64,000 nucleotides of DNA, filler included, from Dirinaria sp. TL-2023a (GCA_051941275.1; 31 parts of 31 records of this genome joined end to end with filler, not necessarily neighbours in it); one strand, 5' to 3'. Positions 1 to 12,008 are shown, counted from the first letter of the whole stretch. Program-made: numbers and translations. Notes: generated by a model from the letters alone, not told the origin.

Positions 1-1223
1 CAATGCTGCTTTTCAGTCTCTGAATAAATCAGAACATCATCCAGGTAAACCACGCAACAGACGTCAATATATGGCTTAAGAGCGCGGTTTACATAAGACT
101 GAAAGGTAGCAGGAGCGTTCGCTAGGCCAAAAGGCATTACCTGATACTCGAATTGTCCATAGCGGGTACGAAACGCAGTCTTCCATTCGTCGCCCTTGCG
201 AATTCGAATGCGATGATAAGCGTTTCTAATATCAATTTTGGTGAAGTGGCGAGCACGCGCGAAGCGCTCGAGCGTCTCAGAAAGTAGCGGTAGCGGGTAT
301 TTATTCTTGATGGTGATTTCATTTAAACCGCGATAGTCCACACAGAGTCGCAAGCTACCATCAGATTTCTTCACAAACAACACAGGTGCTCCCGTGGGGC
401 CGCTGGAAGGACGAATTCAATTCTTTTCCAAAGCGTCTGCGATGTAGTTGCGAAGCGTGGTTAACTCATCCTGCGACATGTTATACACGCACCCTGTACG
501 CGGTAGCTTTCCACCCATAAGGTCGATGGGATGCTCCACCTGGTCATGCGTGTTAAGACTATCGGACAACACCTCAGAGAACACCTCTGCTACCTCGCGG
601 AGAGGCTCAGGAATCGAAGGTTCTTCCGTTTGTAACGCTCCGCAGCACGCAGCGTCTTCATCAAGATCGCTGGCGTGCATAACCTGATACGGAAGCGCGA
701 CATAAGCTTCGCCATTGCCTCGCGTTGCGAGGATGGCTAACTCGGCGAACTCCTCCGCAGACACTACCTGAACATCCGTAGTTGTCGTGGCAGATTTTGG
801 TCGATATTTCCATGTACGTTCTGGCCAATGAATATCTGGGTTAACTTTGTCAAGCCAGGGCAGTCCAAGAATCATGTCATAGCCACGCATGTCCACCGCA
901 TAGAACTCCAAGCGATCCTCGCTGCGAATCCCGACGCCGTCGACCAACGCAATTGATAGCTCGTGAGTCCCATACGAATTGACACTGCGACCATCGACAG
1001 CCTGCACACGCAGAGGCGAGGTAGCACCTTCGAGTAGCTGCGAGTCTTTGATGAACGCTTGCGACACAAAGTTCCTCTCAGCTCCCGAATCAATAAGGCA
1101 CTTAACCTCGCGAACGCCATCAGGCGCGTCGACTTGAATATTCCAGATAAAAGTTCTTGACCGCCTTCGAGTCGGTTCTACCCCCAATGCTACGGCGGCG
1201 AGCATTAGGTCTTCGCTTTTCCC
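1..1223 (-). pseudogene. pol: Gypsy Pol (protease-RT) with one in-frame TGA at 417-419
   Basis: The frame continues past KN* as [28 protein letters not shown]...YLDD. The TGA sits where Trp (TGG) is expected. Confidence 0.92.
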
Positions 1224-2006
1224 AACTCATTGTCGCGGCGATTTCGCTTCTCCACCCACTCTGCGTATCTAGGACACGCAGGGTCACTAGATTTATGACC
1301 GGGTTGATCACAGGTGTAGCAGCGAAGGTCGTTTGGGGCGCCAGAGACGCCATCAGACACGCCTTTGTTTCGCGAGCGATTCTGCGGGCGATTTCCGCGA
1401 CCTCGAGAGGCGTTGTTACGATCGCCTCTTCCACGCCCTGCGTGGTTCCCAGACGGGGACGATTTGGAGTTCCCTTCATCCTCAGTTGCAGCGGACGCGT
1501 TGCCACGCCCTTGCGAGGATCGGTTACCTCCACGGCCGCCCTTGTCTGAGTTGTTAGCGCTAGGGGTAGCACCAGGCTTAGGTAACTGCCCCATGCTGCG
1601 AAGACGATGCTCAATTGCCATGTATCCTTGTCGCACTCCGGTAATGTTGTCATGCGGCATATTAATAGCCTGCGACTCATAGCGAATTTTCTCCACGACT
1701 TTGGTTCGCAGGTGCATGATTTTGATAGCATCCGGAGTCTCTCTTTCCAGTTGATTATAAAGGCTTTCCAAGTAGGTGGCGAATTCATTCACACTTTGAT
1801 TAGGACGTTGTTTTGCTGTTTCAATTTTCATTTCGATTTCGATGGTGCGAACTTCAGGCGTGGTTAGCCATCCTCGCACATGGGTAACAAAGTGGTCCCA
1901 GGTAAAGGGTCCTCCAACTTCGCTTGCGTGGGTGCGCCACTCATCACGTCGCTTGTCACTAAGCCGCGATGCAGCCCAGGTGACTTTGTGATTCTCGGTA
2001 GGGTAA
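1205..2006 (-). CDS. gag: Gypsy Gag, 5'-truncated
   Basis: KQRPNQSVNEFATYLE capsid homology region, RG-rich segment and CYTCDQPGHKSSDPAC knuckle. Confidence 0.92.
1217..1223 (-). promoter_or_regulatory. Putative -1 ribosomal frameshift heptamer G GGA AAA
   Basis: X XXY YYZ pattern in the gag frame three codons before the gag stop; the -1 frame is the pol ORF. Confidence 0.8.
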
Positions 2007-2106
2007 NNNNNNNNNNNNNNNNNNNNNNNNNNNNNNNNNNNNNNNNNNNNTTAATTAATTAANNNNNNNNNNNNNNNNNNNNNNNNNNNNNNNNNNNNNN
2101 NNNNNN
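2007..2106. other. Artificial contig linker (N-run + TTAATTAATTAA + N-run); recurs about every 2.1 kb
   Basis: The same all-frame stop linker flanked by Ns is repeated about 30 times. Confidence 0.99.
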
Positions 2107-2233
2107 TTATGTAGCCGAGCCAGACCTTTTCGAAGGTTAAGGTACCTTAAGCTTCTTTTATCAACCCCAAAAGTATATACTGTATATGAGAGATTCCGTC
2201 CAGATTGACTACAAATCACCGAGTCATGGTTGA

Positions 2234-3187
2234 TGTTGGAAATTTCGCTTATACCTAGCGTCTTGGCATATTTCTGTGTATTTAAGGGGCCAAATCCTCC
2301 TAGCAATTCCATCCTTAGTGTCATCAAATCAGTTGATTTCCAACAGGTTATGAGCCCGGGTTCGCGCTGTATATACGCACGAACGATGGCACTTCCTCAT
2401 GCAAAGCAGAAGGTTGTTGGCATGTTGTATTATGTGTTGACGTGTGTCGCGCTTCTTGCGCTTCAGACACATCTAAGTCAACAACTTGAAGCCAAATAAT
2501 GCTTCTTTTTGGGTCAAAAGAACTCACGGTCAAGAAGATCAATCTGCTGAAGCTAAAAAGCTTCGCTTAGGATCAAAGAGACCTAATCTTGAGGTAGTCA
2601 ACTACGGCACCTCTCAAAAAGCCCTGCATCGAGCAGACAGAGTCGACCTTGACGATGCTCATCTAACGTCACTGCGGTCAAATCAAAAGCCCTGCATCGA
2701 GCAGGCACATACTCAAAGCCGATCTTGACTATACAGAGTCATTGCGGTCAACAAAAAAGCTCTGCATCGAGTAGGCAAAGCCGACCTTGACGATGTCAAC
2801 CTGAAGTCACTGCGGCAAAAAAGTCCTGCATCGAGCAGGCAATGACAACGTCCTCGAGTACTCTTCCCGATTTCTCTACACGAACGAGGTTTGCGGGTTT
2901 AATGAGGCTTCAAGAGCAGGACATACTACACGGGAGAAGGACATACACTACAAGGAAGCAGCGGGATCAATATCTAGGTCTACACAGTCAACAGACTCTA
3001 CACAGGCAAAGGACGACAATATGAGTCAAGCAGGCACCCCACAGAGGCGGCGACGAGGTATCGCTCAAGGGGGTGTGTTGGAAATTTCGCTTATACCTAG
3101 CGTCTTGGCATATTTCTGTGTATTTAAGGGGCCAAATCCTCCTAGCAATTCCATCCTTAGTGTCATCAAATCAGTTGATTTCCAACA
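2234..3187 (+). mobile_element. Non-autonomous Copia-type mini LTR element (TRIM), 954 bp
   Basis: Identical 112 bp LTRs (2234-2345, 3076-3187) with TGTTGGAAAT...ATTTCCAACA ends; PBS GGTTATGAGCCC at 2346; PPT AAGGGGGTG before the 3' LTR. Confidence 0.92.
2616..2842 (+). repeat. Degenerate 65-70 bp tandem repeat, about 3.4 copies, inside the TRIM
   Basis: Recurring AAAAGCCCTGCATCGAGCAG...GACCTTGACGATG...GTCACTGCGG. Confidence 0.85.
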
Positions 3188-3968
3188 AAAGGCCGATAAT
3201 CTAGATGATGCACTTGTCAGAACTTTTTGCTCCCTCTACATGCACTGAGCGGCAGGGCCTGCAAACCTTTCATATATCATTCAATCAAACTGCGTTAGCC
3301 CTTAGAAATCAGACTAATAATCCAAAGAAGCTAAAGTGCTTTCGATACTTCATGAGCTCGTGTTGCAAAAGTAATTGTATTAGATTTTGAGTCTTGTCGA
3401 CGTCAAAGACGTCTATCTAGCAAGCAAAAAAACTGTCTCAAGTGTGAGATGAAGGATTTCGTTTAAAGAAGCTGCGTAGTAAGAACGAGACTGAAGACGA
3501 GACACAGACACATCGCGTGAACGCGAACGACAATTTTTGCTAATGAGTATTCTTTTGAATCTTTACTCAAAACTTATTTCATATAGAAGATCGAGTTGCA
3601 CACCAAATAGAGTTTGTTTCAAATACAGATTCATTGAAACTCAGATTTAATACTATTTTCAAAACTCAAAACTATGACTAAGATAACGCTGATGTTCACT
3701 CAACACCGACTCAAAACCATTCTAAAATCAGGTTGAAAAATGACGTACTGCCCGTGAAATAAGTGTCTAGCAGGACTAGGGGGAAGTGTCTACATGGCTA
3801 CCAGGTGCGTTGCTGACATTGTCATCTAGGTCAATGCATTGTTGATTTTTAAGCAATGCTTTGTTGATTTCAAAACATTGATTTCCAAGCATCGGATTTC
3901 CAAGCAATGATTGCAAAGCGATGCTCTCGAAGCAACTTGCGCATATCGCATATCGTCAATGCCTATCC

Positions 3969-4110
3969 CAATTCGGTTAGCAGCATGAGCAGTGAGGTTT
4001 TGGCAGTTGGCTTGGCAGTGTGTATTTAGGTCACCATGGCCATGGTGACCTAAATACACACTGCCAAGCCAACTGCCAAAACCTCACTGCTCATGCTGCT
4101 AACCGAATTG
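3969..4110. repeat. Perfect 142 bp palindrome running to the contig end
   Basis: Centre CCATGG|CCATGG at 4039/4040; arms are exact reverse complements. Confidence 0.95.
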
Positions 4111-4467
4111 NNNNNNNNNNNNNNNNNNNNNNNNNNNNNNNNNNNNNNNNNNNNTTAATTAATTAANNNNNNNNNNNNNNNNNNNNNNNNNNNNNNNNNN
4201 NNNNNNNNNNCAAGCAGGCTCGCAGACTCCGGGCAGGTTCTCGGCTCTATCGGGGATGGAATGCCGAACTGCCGTCATCGGACCGTTCTCGCGATTGAAG
4301 GTTCCTACTACCTTAGTTAATCTCCTTGACACTTCCTCTCTATATCTCACGACATTATTGACCTTAGCTGGGCAACTACCGCATTTGCATTTAGGTACAC
4401 TCTCGACTCATTCGTGCCCACTTGAGATCCTTTCCAACAAAACTGTGTCCCGGTTGTGGGATGTACC

Positions 4468-6212
4468 ATGTCAGAGGCGGAGAAATCTGATGTACACTAT
4501 GCTCGGGAATCCTCCCAGCCCAGCCCACCGTCAATCAAATCTCGGTCACTGTGGCGCAAGATCCAGACATTGATTACCTACACCCCAAAGCCATGTCGAT
4601 ATGATCCTGCAAGACCTCCTGAATTTTCTCTACCTCTCAACCTGCTCTTCGGGTTTGCGGCGACATTTACCGGTACTTTCCATCGAACGCGTTGTCTAGC
4701 GATGGCCGTGGTGACACTTGTGCATACTAGTCGCGAACCTCTACTACAATCACCCCATCTTGAACATACTCGCCCAAGATTTCCACGTTACTTATGAGCG
4801 GGCAAGTCTGGTACCCACTCTTGCGCAAGCTGGCTATGCCAGTGGCTTGCTGTTTCGTGAGTTGCCTTCTCACTGGCATCTTCAAGACCGTGCGCGTCTT
4901 GACTGGGATTTTTTTCGAGCTTGAAAGCTATGTGACAATGCTTCAGGGTTTCTTCTTATGGTCTAGCTTTCAACTACTAACCTTTGATCAATTGAAGTGT
5001 GTCCGCTGGGGGACATCTTTAGGCGAAGAGATTTTGTACTATCTCTTGTACTCTTCACAGCCACTGCGTGGTAGGTCCCGAGAACAGTACATAGAACGCT
5101 TAGGGGTTGGCAATGACATTATGATAGGATCGGTCTTTGCCTGACCAGCTCTTTTGGTGCATTTTGTGCTTTGACCTACGTGACATCGTTGACAACTGTC
5201 ACGCCTCAATTGAGTAAGACTCCAGACCTCAGCAACCTCTAGGCGACTCCATGCTCACAATGTGATGAAGTGCTTCCTTTGGTTGGCGAACTCGCTCCAC
5301 CTCATCGTCGTGCCACCGCTCTATCGATAGTCGTCTCAGGTCTCATTTTGGGTATCTTGATCGCGCGAGTCCTGTCTGGAGTAGTAACCTATTATACATC
5401 TTGGCGTAATATATACTGGTTGGCGTGCGGCCTGCAGTATCTTGTAAGTATATTAAATCAGGCCATTGCCCAACTTCAATTCCGTATCTCTCGAGAAGTT
5501 CCAATTTCCAAATCTCTTTGCAGCCACTGAACGCGTAATATAGATATGGATCCTCCTCTGGCTCTTCATGCCCGACTACCCTTCCTCCAACCCTTCAGGA
5601 ATCAACTACTTCAAAATGCTCTGGTCCATCCTGACCATCCTCTTCCACGAACCGGTCCTAGTCCAAGCCTCACTAATCGGCTGCATGACTTCCACGACCT
5701 TCACCTCCTACTGGACAACCCTGACCTTCCTCCTCTCCAGCCCGCCCTACAACTACTCCAACCTCGTCATCGGCCTCTTCGCCCTCATCGGCATCCTCAG
5801 CATGGGCTTCGGTCCACCATACTCCCGTTTCGTAATCGACAAATTCGTCCCCCTATTCAGCGTCATCGTAGGAGAACTCATCTGTCTGACCGGCATCGTG
5901 ATCGGGACGTACACCGTTCCGCACACGGTCGCGGGGCCGGTCATACAGGCGTTCATGCTCGACATCGGCCTGCAGACGAGCCAAATCGCCAACCGATCCA
6001 ACATCTACGCCATTGCGCCGAAAGCGCGCAACCGCGTCAACACGGCGTACATGCTCAGCGTGTTTGTGGGGCAGCTGGTGGGTACGGCGGCGGGTAACGC
6101 GTTGTATGCGCGAGGCGGGTGGATCAGGAGCGGGAGCGCCAGTGTGGGTTTTATCGGAGCCGCGCTGGTGTGCTGCCTCGCGAGGGGGCCGTGGGAGAAA
6201 GGCTGGGTCGGG
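4468..6212 (+). CDS. MFS transporter, multi-exon, 3'-truncated
   Basis: Exons give FAATFTVANLYYNHPIL, TLAQAGYASGLLF, LPLVGELAPPHRRATALSIV and ARNRVNTAYM; many hydrophobic helices; GT-AG introns. Confidence 0.9.
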
Positions 6213-6720
6213 NNNNNNNNNNNNNNNNNNNNNNNNNNNNNNNNNNNNNNNNNNNNTTAATTAATTAANNNNNNNNNNNNNNNNNNNNNNNNNNNNNNNN
6301 NNNNNNNNNNNNGCCTAAAGTCACTGCCCTGTTATGTCCAAGGCCCTGTGATGCAAGAGCCTCAAGTCCAGGCTTATGCTATCTAAGCGTGCAATGCGCT
6401 TGTAGACGCGGGGGTGCCTGAGCCTGGCAAGAAAGCATTGCAGGTTAAAGCGAGGAAATTTTCGACTGAAACTGTCATCGTTCAGGCCCTAGGCAAACCT
6501 TCTCGCTTATTAGACCAAGCTAATCTATAAGCATACGGCCTTGTCAACAATGTATACCTATAGAAGTCTGTGCGCGTAACACAGCCTGTGACTGATTCGA
6601 GGTTCAAGTCGTCACCTCTCTGAGAGATTTTTCGCTAGATCAGCTTCACGTGAAAATGAAAGCAAGTGAGTGAACTCAAAACATGGAACAATAAATCTGA
6701 TATAGATTGATGTTCAACAG

Positions 6721-7909
6721 TCATTTAGCAAAAGCGACGCCACCTTTTCGCATCGCGCCACTAGTCATGGTTTCGAAACTCAACGAAGTAACTGCTGAAG
6801 CTGCCGGAGCCGTCAATGCACTATCAAAAGGAACTCGCACTAACATCAGGAAGGGATGGTCTATCAGCGTATTCTGCGCTATCATGCAAGTACCATCTTG
6901 AATAGAGTAAGAGTCAAGGATGATAAAAAGTACACAATTGAGTGCTGTACCCGGAAACTCAGATCTGACGAAGTCGTTGACCTTTTGCGGCGTGTAGTGT
7001 ACAAATGGAAACTCTGGTGGTTTCACATATTGAGGTTGGCCTTGAAGGGACAATCGGGAAAGGTCCAGGCTGCTTATCGTACATATTTTTGTATTGTCCA
7101 TCGCTGCCTGCTCCCAATCAGGCGGGTGGGTTGCAGACCTAATAAATTCGTTCAGGATCTGGCGCATGTATCAGAGAATGAGCTATTTCCTCAAGATTTT
7201 TGAAGGCGGTCTTCAACCTACATCCAAAGGAAGCTCGGCAATGCAAAACACTGGAATGACCATAAAAGCTTGAATACCGCAGCTTGGCTTGCAGCACGTC
7301 TGCCAGATCTTCGTAGTGGCCGGCCGATTCAGAAGAGAACCCACTTTTTGTCCGTTGACTACGTGTGCGTTCAGGGTTTGATCATCTCTCAAAAATCCCC
7401 CACTTACCGCTGCCTCATTACGCAGTCGCTGTATATTACTCGACCCATCCAAGAGTGCGTCCATGCTTCTCTGAACACCTTGGAACTCTGAACGGACGCA
7501 AAAGAATTGGAGCTCCTTCCGACTGACTAGGCGGCAGGTGCAGTTGTCTCTCTTGGTTTGCTCATCGAGGATAACGAAAGCTGAGTCCGTCAAACTTCTT
7601 TCAGAAACCACCGTGTCTCGTAATTGAGATTCATGATAGCCTATGAACGAATAGCTGGATACTTTAATGGGCGCCGTCGATGGTTGAAATGTGGGAGAAG
7701 TATTTATGATGTGATTGACAATACAAAGCCGACGTTGAATCTCGCCCACCCCAATATATGCTTGAGTGAGGAATCTATTTAGCACCTACAACGTCGTGAG
7801 CAACTTTGATGCAACATTTGAAGCATCGAAATCTACTGACATCGGTATTGAGCTCTGCAGTGAAAAATACTGGGATCAGAACCCGTGGGCGGAGAGAAGC
7901 TGGAGACAT
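6721..7909 (-). CDS. Hypothetical protein made of two tandem homologous domains, 2 introns
   Basis: IPVFFTAELNTD|VLNRF...FVILDEQT..CTC..VRSEF and IPVFCIAELPLD|ILNEF...FIILDSYS..GTC..VRVPF. Confidence 0.7.
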
Positions 7910-8413
7910 TGCTAGTGTCGTAGGTTGTCCAGGACGAATGAAGGGTTCACTAACTTCAATTGAGAATTCACTTGCAGTGCAAATGGCGAGTAGTCATAGA
8001 TCAAGGCTCGTTTCGACAGAAGAGTGTCTGTTCAGGTACGACTGCATGATGACAAAAGCTCTTACTAAACACGAAAAGCAATTTATCGATTGCGCCCTTG
8101 GGCGCGAAACAACAGCATTATTTGAAATGATATCTTCATGTGGAGGGTGCAATGTCACACCAACTCAATATTAATGTCGACTGCCCATCCTATCAGCAGC
8201 GTGTCTGTTGCAGCATCCTTTTCGATTGGGTTTCAATCCTCAGCTGCGCCTCGCAGACTGTGCCTCCGGTTTGATCGGCATATGTTTTCTTTTTCAGATG
8301 ATCGCTCGAAAGANNNNNNNNNNNNNNNNNNNNNNNNNNNNNNNNNNNNNNNNNNNNTTAATTAATTAANNNNNNNNNNNNNNNNNNNNNNNNNNNNNNN
8401 NNNNNNNNNNNNN

Positions 8414-10411
8414 GAAAATAACTTCGTTCGTTGTGACATTATGATAACGATCGTCGACTGTGAGTATATAACAATCAAAAGAAAAAACGAAGAAAAAAAA
8501 AACAAAAATTTAATGAAAAAGATACAGAGTATATAGTACGGCCAACCCTTAAAATTTTCTTGCGGTTGAACTATGGCAAGATCTTAGCTTGAATGCGATT
8601 TAAAACCTATAAAAACATCTTTACAAGATCGTTGTCTTGCGTCAAAAAAGCTTCAGATTCGTTAATTTGTAAGAGTCGAACGAGAAATTTGAAGCAAGTT
8701 TGTAATTGTCTTTCAGTTTGATTTTGATTGTAAATTGATTTCATTGTTGTTGAATCTCTGTTTGAAAACGATACAATAGAGTTAAAATCATCATCTGAAA
8801 TGCAATCGTTGCGATCGAATCGACGATAGAGTTATCAAATCGACAAGTTTCTCATTGTTCATCGATGATGTTGCTTGAAGAAAACGAAATGTTTTTGAAT
8901 TTGTTACAAGAAATTTATTGCTAATTTTTAGCAAAGAATTTATAAATATGTTACATCTCAGTCGCATTTCAACAGATAAACATCATTCTTTTTTTGTTAG
9001 TCTGATTCACTGAGTGCTGAAATCAGATACAGAGATTCATCGCTCAAGACTAACAATTTATATATGATCTGTGTCTTAAGCTGTTTGTAAACGAAAAGAT
9101 CAAATTCTGAATCGCGAATGAATTTCGAGATCGTTGATTTCATTCGCTCAACATTGTATATCACTAAAAATTCATACATCTGATGACGATAAACATGAGA
9201 GAAACACTGTGCTAAACGAGTCTTGATTTTTTCAATCATTGCGACGTCGTCGACTTTGTAAACATGACGACGATTGTTTCTGTTTTTTCGAATTAATATC
9301 GATAAAGAGAGAGATACATACATTTTTAGTTAAATCTACACGTTTGTATATGCTATTCTTTTGTATTATCTCAGAAATCTCGATCTCAGATTTATTAATC
9401 GCAATTCATATTTTCTTTCATATGTCTGAAAAAATTTTTGTAAAAATGAATGTTGAGAATTTAGTTTTCTTAATTTAGAACTCGATTTCATTCGTAAATA
9501 ATTATTCATGACAAATCTCGAAAGAGAAAATTAAGTCATTCGATGATTTTTATTTTTCTAAACATCATGTGTATTTTTATTCTTTTTCTTCGATCTTTCA
9601 TTAATCGAACGAAAACTTTGTATTAGCGTTGAACACTTCTGATTCAATAGTTTCAAAACGATTATTAACTCGAAATGCGAGTAATTTCATGTTTTTTCTA
9701 GTCTCAATCTCATAAACTAAGTTATCACATCTTTGACGAACAAATATTTTATCAAATTTGAAGATGCGACATTATTTGTCATGATCTTGAAGATTCTAAA
9801 ATCGTAAATTTCAATTTCGTCAATCGAAAAACGCAGAAATTCTCACATATGTTTTAGCTCTTTTATCAAAACATTTACATTTATCACTGTGACGAATTCT
9901 CGCGCGTTATTCGTCAAATGAAAATCTGCATGCACGTTGAGAAAAAATAAAAGAGTCTCAAATTTGCTGTTTTTTGATCTTTTTGATATTCGTTTCACTT
10001 TTTTCTGAGAGAGCGTTTTGAAATCAACAGATAAAAACTTCAGCTGAGATTCTGACTTCGATCGTACAAATAAAATATTTTCAAATAAATTGATTACATC
10101 ATCGAATTCGAGATCAGAGTGAGAGTCGAGATGAAAATCGAGAAAATTTTTCAGAACGTCATTATTTCGAGCTTTTTGTTTAATATCAAATGAAATTGCA
10201 CATCGTATTAAGTTTTGATACGTTTTTCTGACGTTTATGATTGTTTTATGCAGCTCGTTTGAATCGATATATCTTTAATTATCAATCAGTATGTTCGAAT
10301 ACGCAATGATTTCGAACGCTCGAATGATAACTCGCATAAACGATGACTTCACATTCATGATACTTTCAACGAACTGTAAAAATATGAAACTGAATCAGCT
10401 CACAATAACAT
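8414..10411. mobile_element. Heavily mutated AT-rich repeat relic; family not determined
   Basis: Almost no CC/GG dinucleotides and no intact ORF, the same signature as the degraded Gypsy contigs. Confidence 0.6.
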
Positions 10412-10511
10412 NNNNNNNNNNNNNNNNNNNNNNNNNNNNNNNNNNNNNNNNNNNNTTAATTAATTAANNNNNNNNNNNNNNNNNNNNNNNNNNNNNNNNN
10501 NNNNNNNNNNN

Positions 10512-12008
10512 ATATCAGCAAAAATGTAAAATTTCTTTTTCATGACGTTTAAAATTATTAAATCGTTCGTTTGAAAATGATTGATCAAATGTTTACATTA
10601 GATCTTTATAAACGTATCTGCATAGAGTTTTTTTTTCTCGAACGTCATTTTCGCGTCATATCATTTCAATGCAGCACTCTTAAACGTTTCTAAAAACAAC
10701 TCGCGTAGACGAGCTTCGCTCAATGAGTCTTTAACAAAATACTTAAAACGATTCGTAAAAATATAAATATTTCGATAAAACTAATATCGATCAACAGTGA
10801 TTATAAAAAAGTTGATAAAATTCTCGTATTCAGAATCAAAATATGATAAATATCTTATGTTCTCGACGAATTTAATAATCGATATCTGATTAAATAAGTT
10901 TGCAAAAAACGATTGATTGAAATTTTCAAATCAATTGAACGTTTGATTAAATGTTGACTGAGTCGAATGACTCTGCGATGATGTTTGTGCGTTTCGAAAA
11001 ACGTCGATCATCAATGATATTAACTCACGACGCTGAGCGTTCGAAATGCAGAAACGTTAATTGAATCAGTACTCAAGTTATTATTGTCAGTGTCAAAAAC
11101 ACTGTGTGATTTATTGATAATCGTGCTGAATTCGAGATCATCGATATCTGTAACTAAATTAAAGACATTGTTAACATTGACAATATTGACGACGAAATTA
11201 ATATTTTTATCTGCGTTAAATGTCATATCGTCAAATTTCGATCGTAATATATTTTCTGTAATGTCGAAAACAGATGAGTTTTCGATAATACTCGCAGCAC
11301 GCTCAAATTGCTTCAATGTTTGTCGAAAAATCGATCGATTTAAAACTTACTCATTGAGTCACGAACGCGATGTGTTGAATGAATTATTATTAATTGTGTT
11401 ACGATTCGATGAGTCGACGAATGAGACTCGTTCTGCGTACAAGATGTTGAATAAACGATTTATTTGCTCGATGATATTTTTGACTCGATCAGACACTGCG
11501 TCATCGTACTGATGTTCAGTGACTAAAAATTTCGTTATCTGACGATTTAAAACGACAGTATGACAATCGAGACGAAGATTGAAAGTTGGATTGACGAGTC
11601 AATATCTCAGTGATGAAGAGCAGTATTAATGAAAAAACTGAACTCAATGACAATACTAACAGAAAAACAGAATTCAATGACAGAAATAACAGCGAAAATG
11701 AGAAATAATTGAACGATGAGATGAACGACTCAGGATGAGAGGCAACAACGTCAATGCAATAGAAATGCGAAGAACACAAAACGAGTGACTGTTAAACAAT
11801 CTGATAATCGCGATAAACGAACGATCTAATGATCAAAAACTTCAAAAAGCAAGATTTGATGAGTAATTAATGCTATCAATTGTGAGGGTGTTGAGGGATT
11901 AAGAATCTAAGTTCTATAGATGCTATAAAAGGATCTATATAGGCAGAAATCATGCTAACTAAAGGCGACCTAGCGATCCAACGTCATAGACCTGGGAAGG
12001 CAGTTACA
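10512..12008 (-). mobile_element. Degraded Gypsy 5' region: LTR (11881-12008) and gag remnant
   Basis: 128 bp TG..CA segment; minus-strand remnant FYRNIYIFTNRFKYF resembles the gag motif FRDIHLFIDR at about 18.0 kb. Confidence 0.65.

Larger units (their letters stand above)
1..2006 (-). mobile_element. Ty3/Gypsy LTR retrotransposon, internal gag-pol fragment
   Basis: Gag with zinc knuckle, then aspartic protease (LIDSGAERNF), then RT ([37 protein letters not shown]) in Gypsy order. Confidence 0.97.

Noticed and set aside
417..419. Alternative genetic code with TGA read as Trp
   Set aside because: Host genes use TGG for Trp and TGA as a stop. In-frame TGAs are confined to repeats and fit GG->GA mutation.
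2007..2106. Regularly spaced TTAATTAATTAA motif as a biological array
   Set aside because: It is an artificial N-padded linker. ORFs ending in X..LIN are artefacts of it.
8950..9400. DDE transposase remnant on the minus strand
   Set aside because: The resemblance is too faint after hypermutation to name a family.
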